Origin: an uncultured Aliarcobacter sp.
Lineage (GTDB): Bacteria; Campylobacterota; Campylobacteria; Campylobacterales; Arcobacteraceae
Length of the DNA: 64,000 nucleotides
Reading direction: 5' to 3'
NCBI GenBank assembly: GCA_963664305.2
Contig: CAXXLV010000002.1
Coordinates: 928,001-992,000, forward strand
This document shows positions 1 through 10,476 of the stretch, in pieces (positions within the stretch are counted from its first letter, which is position 1; every line of letters starts with the position of its first letter). The notes below the pieces were generated by a model. It ran no database searches. It was given only the letters and a program-made list of their open reading frames with translations, and was not told where the DNA came from. A program made the translations under genes and the position numbers.

Positions 1-184
1 TTAAATGCCCTTTTTTATAATCTTCATATGGTCTTAAATCAACTATTACTAAGTCTGGATTGTTTATATTTGTTTTTAACCAATCAATTGGTGTTATTGA
101 AGGTATTTTCTTTTCAATTGAATTTGAAAATAGACAAGAAATCAGAAGAAAAAAAACAAAAGGTATTTTAAATACTTTTTTCAT
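1..184 (-). CDS. Exported rhodanese/sulfurtransferase (5' part only; runs off the window edge; not in ORF track)
   Basis: Hand translation from ATG 184: MKKVFKIPFVFFLLISCLFSNSIEKKIPSITPIDWLKTNINNPDLVIVDLRPYEDYKKGHL. Signal peptide, then the rhodanese N-terminal signature (WL...LVIVDLR...Y..GH); AAGGA RBS upstream. Confidence 0.8.
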   Translation of the reverse strand, partial: MKKVFKIPFVFFLLISCLFSNSIEKKIPSITPIDWLKTNINNPDLVIVDLRPYEDYKKGHL

Positions 185-419
185 TATAGTCCTTTTAGAC
201 ATAAAGGTAGAAAATTTTAAGACAAAATGGATAAACATATGTTTAAAATGTATATAAAAAATATAAATTTAATTATATTACTTTATTAGTTTTATAATTA
301 GTTTTTATAATAATAAAAAATTTAGTTTATATTATAAATTTATTTTATAATTGTTTATTAAAAAGAACCTTTTTTATAGTATAATATTGAAATTTCAAAT
401 ATATATAGGATTTATTTAT

Positions 420-1769
420 ATGCATAAGATTTATTTATCTTTACTCATTGTTTCTTTAACCTATGCTCAAAGTATCAATTTTGATGAAGTTTTAGAAATG
501 ACTATAAAAAATAGTAAAGATTTAAAACAACAACAACTTAATATTGATTCATCAAAACTTGATTCAAAAATGATTGATTATATAAATTATGGAAAGCTTT
601 CTATTAGTGAAGAAATTAGTAGAACAAATCATGCAGGATATGTTTTTAATTCAAAACTATCTTCGAGAGAAGCTACATTTAAAGATTTTGGTTTTTCACA
701 AATGAATGAAGGATTAAATACAGCACCAATAGATTTAAACTATCCAGATGCAAGAAATAATTTCAATACAAAAATCACTTATGATATTCCACTTTTTACA
801 GGTTTTAAACTCTCAAATCAAAAAGATATTTTAAAACTTCAAGAAAAAGCAAATGAATTAAAATTCAATTTAGATAAAAAAAGTTTAGAATTTGAGGTTT
901 TAAAAGCTTACAATAGTGCAGTAGTTGCAAAAGATTTTGTTCAAGCTTTAGAAAAAGCAAAAATTGCAATATCGAAAATTGTTGAAAGTGCAGATGCTTT
1001 TCACAAAGAAGGATATGTTACAAAAATTGATGTAAATGAAGCAAAAGTTTATGAGCTTAATATAAACTCAACACTTATTGAAGCAAAAAACAATTTCCAA
1101 TTAGCTTTAGCTTATCTTAAATTTTTAAGTTCAAATGATGAAATAACTGATGTAAAAGAACTTGAAAATATCTATTTTCACTTCCCAAATGAAGAAGAGT
1201 TATATAAAAAAGCTTTAGAAAATAGAGATGAAGTAAAAATGCAAAATATTCAAGTAAATGCAACTAAAAAAAATATAGACATTGCAAATAGTGCGTATTA
1301 TCCATCTGTTTATTCTCATTTAGAATATGGATACAATGATAATAACTTAACAACTGATGATGACAAAGACTATTATATAGCTTTGATTGGAATTTCACTT
1401 ACTTTATTTGATGGAACAAGAGATGTTGAAAAAGAAAAAAATAAAATTGAACATATAAAAGCAACTTTAAATCAAGAAAAATTAAAAGATGGTATTAAAC
1501 TTGAATTAAAAAAAGCAATTTTAAATTTAGAAGCCAAAGATGCTATTTTAAAAGAGAAAATTGAAGCTAAAAATTTAGCAAACAATGTTTTAGAACAAGC
1601 AAAATTACAATATAAAAATAGACTAATCTCTATGACAACTCTTCTTTCTCAAGAAGCAAACTATAGAAAAAATGAATCAATGCTTATCCAAGCAAGATAT
1701 GAAAAATCTCTTGCTTTAGCGAATATAAATCTTATTTTAGGTCAAAATATAAAAGAGGAAAATAACTAA
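420..1769 (+). CDS. TolC-family outer membrane efflux protein
   Basis: Start moved to ATG 420 (AGGA RBS, signal peptide MHKIYLSLLIVSLTYA); two OEP-like repeats (YDIPLFTG; ISLTLFDG); first gene of an efflux operon. Confidence 0.9.
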   Translation: MHKIYLSLLIVSLTYAQSINFDEVLEMTIKNSKDLKQQQLNIDSSKLDSKMIDYINYGKLSISEEISRTNHAGYVFNSKLSSREATFKDFGFSQMNEGLNTAPIDLNYPDARNNFNTKITYDIPLFTGFKLSNQKDILKLQEKANELKFNLDKKSLEFEVLKAYNSAVVAKDFVQALEKAKIAISKIVESADAFHKEGYVTKIDVNEAKVYELNINSTLIEAKNNFQLALAYLKFLSSNDEITDVKELENIYFHFPNEEELYKKALENRDEVKMQNIQVNATKKNIDIANSAYYPSVYSHLEYGYNDNNLTTDDDKDYYIALIGISLTLFDGTRDVEKEKNKIEHIKATLNQEKLKDGIKLELKKAILNLEAKDAILKEKIEAKNLANNVLEQAKLQYKNRLISMTTLLSQEANYRKNESMLIQARYEKSLALANINLILGQNIKEENN

Positions 1770-2527
1770 TGATAAAAGCACTATTAACAACACTTTTTTG
1801 TATAAATTTATTTGCAGGAAGCCAAATAGAATTATCAGGAACAGTTGAATCAGATAATGAAAAAATAATAACAAGTAGAAATATGGGCTACATAAAAGAA
1901 GTTTACGCAAAAGAAGGTTCAAACGTAAAAAAAGGTGATATTTTATACGAAATTGATTCATCAAACATGGATTCAAATAAAAAAGAAATAGAATTAAATC
2001 TTCAAATTTTAGAAAATCAAAAAAACAATATAGAAGTAAATTTAAAAAGATATAAAAATCTATTAGCTCAAGATTTAGTTTCACTTTATGAAGTTGAACA
2101 AATGGAGTTAAATTTAACAAATACAAAAAATATGATAGATATCACAAAAGCAAAACTAAAAGAGATAAATGCTCAATATGATTATCTAAAAATAAAAGCT
2201 CCAAATGATGGGTTAATTATAAAAAAATCTATTAAAGCTGGTGAAATGTCAATGCCTGGAATGCCTGCGTTTGTTTTAACAGATTTATCAACACTTTTAA
2301 TTAAAACAAATATTTCTGAATCAAATTTAAATAACATAAAAATTGGTCAAAAAGTAAATATTGAAATAAGTTCACAAAATTTTAAAACAGAAGGAACAAT
2401 TAGTGCTGTTATTCCAAATACAGTTGATTTAACGCACTCTTTTGTATTAAAAATTAGCTTTGATAAAAAGGATTTTAATATCTATCCTGGAATGTACTCA
2501 AAAATTTTAGTTGATTTAAATAATTAG
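1769..2527 (+). CDS. RND efflux periplasmic adaptor (membrane fusion protein)
   Basis: Lipoyl-like halves (GYIKEVYAKEGSNVKKGDILYEID; IKAPNDGLI) around a coiled coil; PGM motif; overlaps tolC stop. Confidence 0.92.
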   Translation: MIKALLTTLFCINLFAGSQIELSGTVESDNEKIITSRNMGYIKEVYAKEGSNVKKGDILYEIDSSNMDSNKKEIELNLQILENQKNNIEVNLKRYKNLLAQDLVSLYEVEQMELNLTNTKNMIDITKAKLKEINAQYDYLKIKAPNDGLIIKKSIKAGEMSMPGMPAFVLTDLSTLLIKTNISESNLNNIKIGQKVNIEISSQNFKTEGTISAVIPNTVDLTHSFVLKISFDKKDFNIYPGMYSKILVDLNN

Positions 2528-2535
2528 GAATTTTA

Positions 2536-4095
2536 ATGAATAATCAAATAGATAAAAACCTAAATATAGCAGGAAAATTATCATTAGCTTTCATAAATCA
2601 TCCACTAACACTAATTTTTGGAATTTTTATTTTAGCATTAGGTTATATCTCATTAGTTTTTATGCCAAGAGAAGAAAATCCACAAATAAAAGTAAGTGGT
2701 GGAGTTGTAATAGTTGCACTTCCAGGAGCTAAACCTAGTGAAGTTCAAAAGGTAATAATCGAACCACTTGAAAAGAAAATTAGAGAAATTCAAGGGGTTG
2801 AACATATATATTCTTTTGCAAAAGATTCTGTTGGTATTGTTCAAGTTCAATATTATATTGGGGAAGATAAAGAAAAATCAAATCTAAAATTATATGACCA
2901 AGTGATGAGAAATATGGATTTGATGCCACAAAATGCAATGCAACCAATTATTAAAACAATGGATATTGATACAGATATTCCAATAGCTACAATTGCATTT
3001 TATAGCGTAAAAGAGAATAATAAAGATTTAGTTTCAAATACTGAACTTTATAATGAAGTTAGTCGTATTTCAAAAGAGATAAATAAAATAAAAAATGTAG
3101 CTCTTGTTGATTTAAAAGGTGAACATAAAGACCAATTTAATGTTTTAGTTGATGCAAATAAACTATCAAGCTATAACTTATCTTTAGGTCAAGTTATGAA
3201 ACAAATTCAAGCATTATCTTATAAAACTCCAAATATCACAACAAATACAACTGATTCTTCTGTTGTTGTTTTTGGTATTAAACAAGCAATTGAAAATGAA
3301 AATGATTTAAAAAATCTAATCATCTCTTATAATTTCCAAACACCTATTTATCTAAAAGATATTGCAACTATTGAAAAATCATATGATATAGAAAATAAAA
3401 AAGAGGCTTTACTTTATTTACCTAATGAAACAAATAATTTTGAAGCTTCTAGTCAAATAACACTAACAGCTTCAAAACTAAAAGGAGCTAATTCAGTTAG
3501 TATAAATGAAGAAATTTTTTCTTACATGAATTCAATAAAAGATGAATTATTAGCAAAAAATATAAAATATATAATAACAAGAGATGATGGATACACTGCA
3601 AATAAAGCTGTAAATGAACTTGTGTTTAGTTTACTTATTTCTATTGTCATTATTGCTATATTACTAATTTTTACTTTAGGATTTAAAGAAGCCATGATTG
3701 TTTCTCTTGCTGTTCCAATGATTTTATCACTTACACTTTTTATTGGCTTTATGTTAGGAGAAACGGTAAATAGAATTACTCTTTTTGCTTTAATTGTATC
3801 ATTAGGAATGTTAGTTGATGCAGCTATTATTGTAATTGAAAATATTCATAGACATAAAAATGAATCACCAATGATGGATATAGTACCATTAACAATAAAT
3901 GCCACAAATGAGATAGGAAATGCTACAAATATAGCTACAATTGCTATTATTATGACTTTTATTCCTATGTTCTTTGTTGGAGGTATGATGGGACAATTCA
4001 TGCATCCACTTCCAGTATTTGTGCCTATTTCTTTAGCTGTTTCTTTATTTGTTGCTTATGCATTCACTCCATATTTTGTAAAAAAATTTTTGTAA
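2536..4095 (+). CDS. RND permease, N-terminal half (AcrB/AcrD/AcrF family)
   Basis: PREENPQI and PGAKPSEV; TM4 motif GMLVDAAIIVIENI; GGMMGQFMHPLP; ends after TM6. Confidence 0.9.
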   Translation: MNNQIDKNLNIAGKLSLAFINHPLTLIFGIFILALGYISLVFMPREENPQIKVSGGVVIVALPGAKPSEVQKVIIEPLEKKIREIQGVEHIYSFAKDSVGIVQVQYYIGEDKEKSNLKLYDQVMRNMDLMPQNAMQPIIKTMDIDTDIPIATIAFYSVKENNKDLVSNTELYNEVSRISKEINKIKNVALVDLKGEHKDQFNVLVDANKLSSYNLSLGQVMKQIQALSYKTPNITTNTTDSSVVVFGIKQAIENENDLKNLIISYNFQTPIYLKDIATIEKSYDIENKKEALLYLPNETNNFEASSQITLTASKLKGANSVSINEEIFSYMNSIKDELLAKNIKYIITRDDGYTANKAVNELVFSLLISIVIIAILLIFTLGFKEAMIVSLAVPMILSLTLFIGFMLGETVNRITLFALIVSLGMLVDAAIIVIENIHRHKNESPMMDIVPLTINATNEIGNATNIATIAIIMTFIPMFFVGGMMGQFMHPLPVFVPISLAVSLFVAYAFTPYFVKKFL

Positions 4096-4105
4096 GGTAT
4101 TTAAA

Positions 4106-5761
4106 ATGAAATTAGAAAAATTTATATATAGTATTTTACAAAGTAATAAAAAATCATTTTTAGTTTATTTAATTACTTTTATTCTGTTTATTTTAAGTAT
4201 TTTAACTTTCCCAACACATATTACAAAAGCTAAAATGCTTCCAAGTAAAGATTCTGATACATTCTCAATTTATGTTGATTTAAAAGATGGTTCAAGTATA
4301 AATCAAACAAAACAAGTAGTTCAATGTATAGTAGAAAATATTCAAAAAGATGAAAATATTACTAATATTTCAGCTTTTATAGGTGAAGGTCAACCTCTTG
4401 ATTTTGCTGCTTTAGTAAAACTTAGTTCGTTAAAAGACAAAGAATCTCAAGCTGAATTAATGGTAAATATCAAAAAACAAGAGGATAGAGATATCACAAG
4501 TTATAATCTTGTAACAAAACTTCGAGGTGATGTTCAAAAAAATTGTTCACTAAATGAAGCAAATATCAAGTTTATAGAACTTCCTGCTGGTCCTCCTGTA
4601 CTTGCTTCAATAGTAACAGAGATTTATGGAGGGAGAAGTTTTGAAAGTAGAAAAGATTTTGCTTTAAAAATAGCTCAAATTTTAAAACATCAAGCAACTT
4701 TAGTTGATGTAGATGTTTTAGCTGATGATGAGTTTATTATGTATGAATTAGAAGTAAATAATAGCAAAGTTATTATGAGTAAAATTGATTTAGACCAACT
4801 AAAAAATATTTTATATTTAGCATTTGAAGGTATGAAAGTATCAGTTATAAATGATAAAAATGCTCAGAGTCAAATCCCAATTTTTTTAAGACTAAATGAC
4901 TCAAGAAATTTAAATGACTCTTCAAAAGAAGCTTTAAAAGCAAAACTTGAAAACCTAAAACTTATGAATAAAGAAGGAAATATGATAAATATTTCTGAAT
5001 TAGTTACAATAAAAGAGAGTTTAAAAGAACCAACTATTACATCAAAAAACTTAAATCTAATAATAAATGTAATTGCAGAAACTTCTAATGATAGTCAAAT
5101 TTATCCTCTTTTAAATGCAAGAGATGAAATGTTTGATACTTTAAATAATGATTATGAAATAATAAAAACAAATCTTCTAAATCTAGCATTTGTTGATAAA
5201 AAAACTAAAGAGAGATTTGATTTAGTATTTGATGGAGAATTAAAAGTTACAATTGATACATTTATTGATTTAGGTGGAGCATTTATAATTGCACTTGTTT
5301 TAATATTCTTCTTAATGGTTATGTATTATAAAAGTTTTGCAATATCTGCTGGAATTGTATTATCTAGTTTTATTTCAATTATTGGAGTAATTTTTGCTCA
5401 TATAATTATGGATTTATTTACAACCGATACTTTTTATTTAACAGCTACTTCTCTTATTGGATTTATTGGTCTTATTGGAATAAATTCAAGAAACTCTACT
5501 TTGATTATTGATTTTTCAAAACAATTAATAGAAGAAAAAGGATTAGGTATAAATGAAGCTATTGCAAAAGCAACAGCAACAAGGTCAAAACCTATTATTT
5601 TAACTGTTTTAACAATGGTTTTTGCAAGTGCATTGATTGCAAATGATGCAGTATTTGGAGGACTTGGAGTTGCACTAATTGGAGGAACTCTTATCTCTTA
5701 TGTTGTTTCTATGTTTTTTGTTCCTGTTATCATAAAAAATCAGTTAAAAAAGATTTTATAA
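4106..5761 (+). CDS. RND permease, C-terminal half
   Basis: Own RBS (AAGG) and ATG; KMLP and PAGPPV motifs; TM10 GINSRNSTLIIDF; TRSKPIILT. Confidence 0.9.
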   Translation: MKLEKFIYSILQSNKKSFLVYLITFILFILSILTFPTHITKAKMLPSKDSDTFSIYVDLKDGSSINQTKQVVQCIVENIQKDENITNISAFIGEGQPLDFAALVKLSSLKDKESQAELMVNIKKQEDRDITSYNLVTKLRGDVQKNCSLNEANIKFIELPAGPPVLASIVTEIYGGRSFESRKDFALKIAQILKHQATLVDVDVLADDEFIMYELEVNNSKVIMSKIDLDQLKNILYLAFEGMKVSVINDKNAQSQIPIFLRLNDSRNLNDSSKEALKAKLENLKLMNKEGNMINISELVTIKESLKEPTITSKNLNLIINVIAETSNDSQIYPLLNARDEMFDTLNNDYEIIKTNLLNLAFVDKKTKERFDLVFDGELKVTIDTFIDLGGAFIIALVLIFFLMVMYYKSFAISAGIVLSSFISIIGVIFAHIIMDLFTTDTFYLTATSLIGFIGLIGINSRNSTLIIDFSKQLIEEKGLGINEAIAKATATRSKPIILTVLTMVFASALIANDAVFGGLGVALIGGTLISYVVSMFFVPVIIKNQLKKIL

Positions 5762-5767
5762 TCTTTT

Positions 5768-6367
5768 TTAACTAAACAATTTCATCTGTTTTATAGTCTC
5801 ATCATCTATTTGTAAATTTCTGTTTTTTAGCTTTTCCATAACTTTAATTTTTCTATCTTCATTTAAGTTCTGCCCTACTTTTATCTTGCAACTTTGTGTT
5901 TCAATTTTCAACTCAATAATTGCAGTTTTATCAAGCATTTTTGTGTACATTGCTTTATCATAAGCAATTTTTTCAAAACTATCTTCCTTTTGAAACTTTT
6001 TCATCAAAGCATTTAAAACATCAGCTTTTTTATTTCCATCTTCTATAAATTTCAACTTTCCTTCAAACAAAACTGAAGCAAAAAACTGTGTTGCAGGACA
6101 TGCTGCCATCGTATCACTAAAATATGAAGGTATAAAAGAGTATGGTTTTACTACTAAAAAAGCTGCATTGGGATTTGAGTTTATAGCTTCTATTTTTCTT
6201 CCTTCTTTTGCACCATGAAAAAAGATAGAATCTTCAAAAAATACAAAATTTAAAGCAACAACATAAGGTTTACCCTCACTTATCAAACTCAAAGTTCCAT
6301 ATTCACAAACTTTTAATATCTCATTTATGCTATTTTCATCTTTTACATCAAACTCTTTTCTTCTCAT
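5768..6367 (-). CDS. Pyridoxamine 5'-phosphate oxidase-like (NimA-type) flavin-binding protein
   Basis: MRRKEF start; YGTLSL..GKPYVVALNFV; FFHGAKEGRK; KVGQN. Confidence 0.85.
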   Translation of the reverse strand: MRRKEFDVKDENSINEILKVCEYGTLSLISEGKPYVVALNFVFFEDSIFFHGAKEGRKIEAINSNPNAAFLVVKPYSFIPSYFSDTMAACPATQFFASVLFEGKLKFIEDGNKKADVLNALMKKFQKEDSFEKIAYDKAMYTKMLDKTAIIELKIETQSCKIKVGQNLNEDRKIKVMEKLKNRNLQIDDETIKQMKLFS

Positions 6368-6456
6368 CTTTTTCCTTTTTAAGTAATTATTCGTATAATA
6401 TCAATATTTTGTACCTAATAAAAGATACACTTTTTAGTTTTTTAGTAAGGACAGTT

Positions 6457-7824
6457 ATGTATAAATTTGATAACAATTCACCTCTTTATATTCAACTTTA
6501 TGAACAAATGAAAAATAAAATAAATAATGAACTAAAAGCTGGAGTAAAACTTCCTTCCATAAGAAAAATAGCAAATGATTATAAACTTAGTAAAACGACT
6601 GTTCAAACTGCTTATAATCAACTTTGTTGCGAAGGATATATACAAAGTATTGAAAAAAGTGGTTATTATGTTTGTGAAGAGATTTACCAAAAATTCAACT
6701 CTCAAATTGAAAATAAAAAAGATGAAATAAAAGAAGAGAAAAACTATAAAATAAACTTTTTCCCTGCAAGTCTTGATAAAAACTCTTTTCCAAAACAAAT
6801 TTGGTTAAAATTTTATAATAAAGTTGTAAAAGAAGATGTTCATTATGGTGTATATTCAAATTTTCAAGGTGATTATGAGCTAAGAAAAGAGATAAAAAAA
6901 TATCTTCTAAACTCAAGAGCAGTTTTGTGTAATACAGAACAAATTATCATCACAAATGGATTTTCTAATTCTATGTTTCTTCTGGCAAATATTTTAAAAA
7001 AAATTTCAAATAAAGTTGCTATTGAATCTCCTGGATATAAAGTTGCAAGAAAAGTATTTGAGTTATCTTCTTTTGAAATAAATGACATTCCTGTAAATAA
7101 AGATGGTTTAGATTTGGATTTTTTAGAAAAAAGTGATTCAAAGATTTTATATACAACTCCTTCACATCAATTTCCAACTGGAATAACAATGCCAATTGCA
7201 AATAGAATAAAACTTATAAATTGGGCGAAGAACAATGATGCTTTTATCATTGAAGATGATTATGATAGTGAACTAAGCTATTATAATCGCCCTATTCCAT
7301 CTATGCAAAGTTTAGAAAATAGTGATAGAGTTATCTATTTAGGTACTTTTTCAAAAGCTCTTTCTCCTGCTTTGAGAGTATCTTATATTGTTTTGCCAAG
7401 CTGTTTGTTGGATATTTATCATGATGTTTTTGATTTTGTATTTTCACAAGTTCCAATAGATATTCAAAAAACATTGACACTTTTTTTAAAAGAAGGATAT
7501 TGGGAAAAACATCTTAGAAAAATCAGAAATTCAAATAGAAAAAAACATAATTTAATGAAAGAGTATTTAAAAATCTATTTAAAAAATGAGATAAAAATTA
7601 TAAGAGAAGGAAGTGGATTAAATTTTTTGATAAAACCGCTTGTAAATATTGATTTAGAAAAGCTTGAAAAAACAGCCAAAGAAAAAGATGTAAAAATCTA
7701 TTTTAAAGAGTTTTTTAATCTTGAAAAAGTAATAGCTTTAGGATTTGGTGGTTTTGAAGAGTTTGAAATAGAAAATGCAATAAAAACTTTTAGCGAAATT
7801 TGGTTCGAAGTTAAAAGAGTTTAA
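6457..7824 (+). CDS. MocR/GabR-family regulator (GntR wHTH + PLP aminotransferase domain)
   Basis: Start ATG 6457 after AAGGA; PLYIQLY..KLPSIRKIA; TPSHQFPTG; IIEDDYDSE; GTFSKALSPALR. Confidence 0.93.
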   Translation: MYKFDNNSPLYIQLYEQMKNKINNELKAGVKLPSIRKIANDYKLSKTTVQTAYNQLCCEGYIQSIEKSGYYVCEEIYQKFNSQIENKKDEIKEEKNYKINFFPASLDKNSFPKQIWLKFYNKVVKEDVHYGVYSNFQGDYELRKEIKKYLLNSRAVLCNTEQIIITNGFSNSMFLLANILKKISNKVAIESPGYKVARKVFELSSFEINDIPVNKDGLDLDFLEKSDSKILYTTPSHQFPTGITMPIANRIKLINWAKNNDAFIIEDDYDSELSYYNRPIPSMQSLENSDRVIYLGTFSKALSPALRVSYIVLPSCLLDIYHDVFDFVFSQVPIDIQKTLTLFLKEGYWEKHLRKIRNSNRKKHNLMKEYLKIYLKNEIKIIREGSGLNFLIKPLVNIDLEKLEKTAKEKDVKIYFKEFFNLEKVIALGFGGFEEFEIENAIKTFSEIWFEVKRV

Positions 7825-7852
7825 AATAATTTTTTAGTAAAAAGGATATTCA

Positions 7853-8374
7853 TTGGAAATCTTAAAATATGAAAAAATAGAAGCTTCTTTTAAACCTTGG
7901 AATGAGGATTATTTTGATGTTGCAAAAGCTTTGATTAACTTTATCTCTACAAAAGAGTTTGAAGTTATACATATTGGTTCAACTTCATTTATGGTTGATG
8001 GAAAAGGAATAATCGATTTATCAATTTTATATAAAAACAATGATTTAAATAAAGCCATAAATCATATAAAATCTTTAGGTTTTCAAGACCAAATAAGCCA
8101 AAATCCTTTTCCAAAAGAACGTCCTAGAAAAGATGGAATGGTTATTTTTAATAATTCAAAATATATTATTCATCTACATGTTATAGAAAACAATTCAATA
8201 GAGCATATAAAACAATTAAAATACAAAGAATATATGCTTTCAAATCCAAGTGCAAGAAAAGAGTATGAAAATAAAAAACTAGAGATTTTGAAAAAAGGAA
8301 TAATTGAACAAGAAGAATATGGAAAAGAGAAATCTCCTTTTGTAAAATCAATTATTACTAAAATTGATATTTAA
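7853..8374 (+). CDS. GrpB-family nucleotidyltransferase-fold protein
   Basis: HIGSTS..GKGIIDL; HLHV; YENKK..YGKEKSPFV. Confidence 0.8.
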   Translation: MEILKYEKIEASFKPWNEDYFDVAKALINFISTKEFEVIHIGSTSFMVDGKGIIDLSILYKNNDLNKAINHIKSLGFQDQISQNPFPKERPRKDGMVIFNNSKYIIHLHVIENNSIEHIKQLKYKEYMLSNPSARKEYENKKLEILKKGIIEQEEYGKEKSPFVKSIITKIDI

Positions 8375-8451
8375 CTACACTTTTAAATCACAAAAAAGAA
8401 CCTTTTAGATAAACTATCAAAAAATTAATTACTATAAATTTTGAGGAAAAA

Positions 8452-9405
8452 ATGAAATATAAAATATTTGTAGATGGACAACACGGAACAACAGGATTAA
8501 AAATCCATGAAATGTTAGATGGACGTGATGAAATAGAACTTTTATCTATAAAAGAAGAAGAAAAAAAAGATTTAAATAAAAGAAAAGAACTTTTAAATAG
8601 TGCTGATTTAGTATTTTTATGTCTTCCTGATGCTGCTTCTATTGAATCAGTTAGTTTAATCACAAATGAAAATGTAAAAGTAATTGATGCAAGTACAGCT
8701 TTTAGAACAAATCCTTCTTGGACTTATGGAATACCTGAAATAACTCCAACTCAAAGAGAAAAAATCAAAAATTCTAAAAGAGTTTGTGTTCCAGGATGTC
8801 ATGCAAGTGGACTAATCATTGCTATGAAACCTTTGATTGTAAATGGTATATTAGCAAATTCTCAGAAATTAATTTGCCATTCAATTACTGGATTTAGTGG
8901 TGGTGGAAAAGCTATGATTGATGATTATGAAAGTGGAAAGCTTGAAGATATTGGAGGTCAAAGACCTTATGCTTTAGGACTTCATCATAAACATCTTCCT
9001 GAAATGAAATATGTTTTAGAGTTAGATGAAGCTCCACTATTTACTCCAAGTGTTGGAAACTTCAAACAAGGTATGCTTGTAATGAGTTATTTAGTAAAAA
9101 AAGATTTCAAAAAAACAGTTTCAAGAGAAGAAATTTTAGAAGTTTATAAAAATTATTATAAAGATGAATTTTTTATAAATATAATAGAGGACAATGAGTC
9201 ATACCTTGATGCAGGCTTATTAAATCCAATGAAATGTAACAATACTAATACTTTAGAGATTTCTGTTTATGAAAATGATACTGATATGGTTGTTATTTCA
9301 AGACTAGATAATCTTGGAAAAGGTGCGAGTGGAGCTGCTGTTCAATGTATGAACATTATGTTAGGACTTGAAGAATCTAAAGGTTTAAACTCAAGAAAAA
9401 ACTAG
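8452..9405 (+). CDS. argC: N-acetyl-gamma-glutamyl-phosphate reductase (type 2)
   Basis: IFVDGQHGTTGL; FLCLPD; IDASTAFR; PGCHAS; DNLGKGASGAAVQ. Confidence 0.95.
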   Translation: MKYKIFVDGQHGTTGLKIHEMLDGRDEIELLSIKEEEKKDLNKRKELLNSADLVFLCLPDAASIESVSLITNENVKVIDASTAFRTNPSWTYGIPEITPTQREKIKNSKRVCVPGCHASGLIIAMKPLIVNGILANSQKLICHSITGFSGGGKAMIDDYESGKLEDIGGQRPYALGLHHKHLPEMKYVLELDEAPLFTPSVGNFKQGMLVMSYLVKKDFKKTVSREEILEVYKNYYKDEFFINIIEDNESYLDAGLLNPMKCNNTNTLEISVYENDTDMVVISRLDNLGKGASGAAVQCMNIMLGLEESKGLNSRKN

Positions 9406-9424
9406 AAGATTAACTTCTAGTTTT
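9398..9424. terminator. Bidirectional intrinsic terminator between convergent genes
   Basis: aaaactagaag-attaa-cttctagtttt perfect inverted repeat. Confidence 0.75.
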
Positions 9425-9884
9425 ATAAATCAATTACCATTGCAATTTCATCACAAATTGGAAAGTGTTTACATCTAATACAATCTGCCCAAATTTTGTG
9501 TTCAGGTATCTCTTCTTTTGAAATTTCTCTAAAACCACAACTTTCAAAAAAACCTTTTTCATAAGTTAAAGATAAAACTTGTTTTATTCCATATTGTTTT
9601 GCTTCATTAATACAAGCTTCAACTAGTTTTTTACCAAGTTTCAATCCTCTAAACTCTTTTCCAACAACTAAACTTCTTACTTCAGCAAGTCTTGGAGAAT
9701 GAATATGAGTTGCCGTAAATCCTGCTAATTTTCCATCAACTTCTACAACTGTATAAGAACGAATTGTTGTAGCCATCTCATCTTCAGTTCTAAGTAAGAT
9801 TTTTCCTTTTTCAACTTCTTCTTTTACTAATGCTTGCATTAAAGGTATATCAGCAACTGTTGGCTTATAAAATCTAATTTCCAA
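9423..9884 (-). CDS. Short GNAT N-acetyltransferase, probable N-acetylglutamate synthase (short ArgA type)
   Basis: LAEVRSLVV; LSLTY; FFESCGF; PEHKIWADCIRCKHFPICDEIA. Confidence 0.85.
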   Translation of the reverse strand: MEIRFYKPTVADIPLMQALVKEEVEKGKILLRTEDEMATTIRSYTVVEVDGKLAGFTATHIHSPRLAEVRSLVVGKEFRGLKLGKKLVEACINEAKQYGIKQVLSLTYEKGFFESCGFREISKEEIPEHKIWADCIRCKHFPICDEIAMVIDL

Positions 9885-10476
9885 ATAAATATCCTGTAAT
9901 TTTATTTTGAAGGTCCATTATACCTCTTTTTTTAAGGTTTGATATAAAAATACCTTCTGGATAAATTCTTTTTAATTGTGCTAAATCGTTTTGTTTTAAT
10001 TTATCAGTTTTTGTAAAAGCATGAACAATAATTTGGTCACCTCTTTTAATTTCATTTAAAAATTCATCAACGTTTTTATCAATTTCAAGTTCTGGATGTC
10101 TTGAATCAATTAAATGTACAAAGATTTGTAAATTAGGTCTTAACTGCAAATATTCAGTTAAATTCTTATTCCACTGAGCTTTTAAACTTTTTGCAACTTT
10201 TGCATAACCAAATCCAGGTAAATCAACAAATCTTGAATAAATATAAGGCATTTCTTCATTTTCAGTTTTGAACTTAATTTCAAAATAGTTTATTAATTGT
10301 GTTTTACCTGGTGTTGAAGATGATTTTGCTAAACCATTTCTATTTGTTAACGTATTTAAAAGTGAAGATTTCCCAACATTAGATCTACCTAAAAATGCCA
10401 CTTCTGCTACATTTGGAGCTGGTGAGTCATTTACACTTTGAGCAGATTGCAAAAATTTTGCATCAACTATTTTCAT
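9874..10476 (-). CDS. engB: Ribosome biogenesis GTPase YihA/YsxC
   Basis: GRSNVGKSS; PGKTQLIN; DLPGFGYA; TKTDKL. Confidence 0.96.
   Translation of the reverse strand: MKIVDAKFLQSAQSVNDSPAPNVAEVAFLGRSNVGKSSLLNTLTNRNGLAKSSSTPGKTQLINYFEIKFKTENEEMPYIYSRFVDLPGFGYAKVAKSLKAQWNKNLTEYLQLRPNLQIFVHLIDSRHPELEIDKNVDEFLNEIKRGDQIIVHAFTKTDKLKQNDLAQLKRIYPEGIFISNLKKRGIMDLQNKITGYLFGN

Noticed and set aside
60..257. 65-aa plus-strand ORF
   Set aside because: Shadow of the minus-strand rhodanese gene, which has an RBS and clear motifs
4080..4110. Split RND permease as a frameshift pseudogene
   Set aside because: Break is at the domain boundary and the second half has its own RBS, ATG and TM; kept as a finding rather than called a pseudogene
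8452..9884. argC and short argA adjacency as an arginine operon
   Set aside because: Genes are convergent and separated by a terminator; the acetyltransferase is the last gene of the engB block
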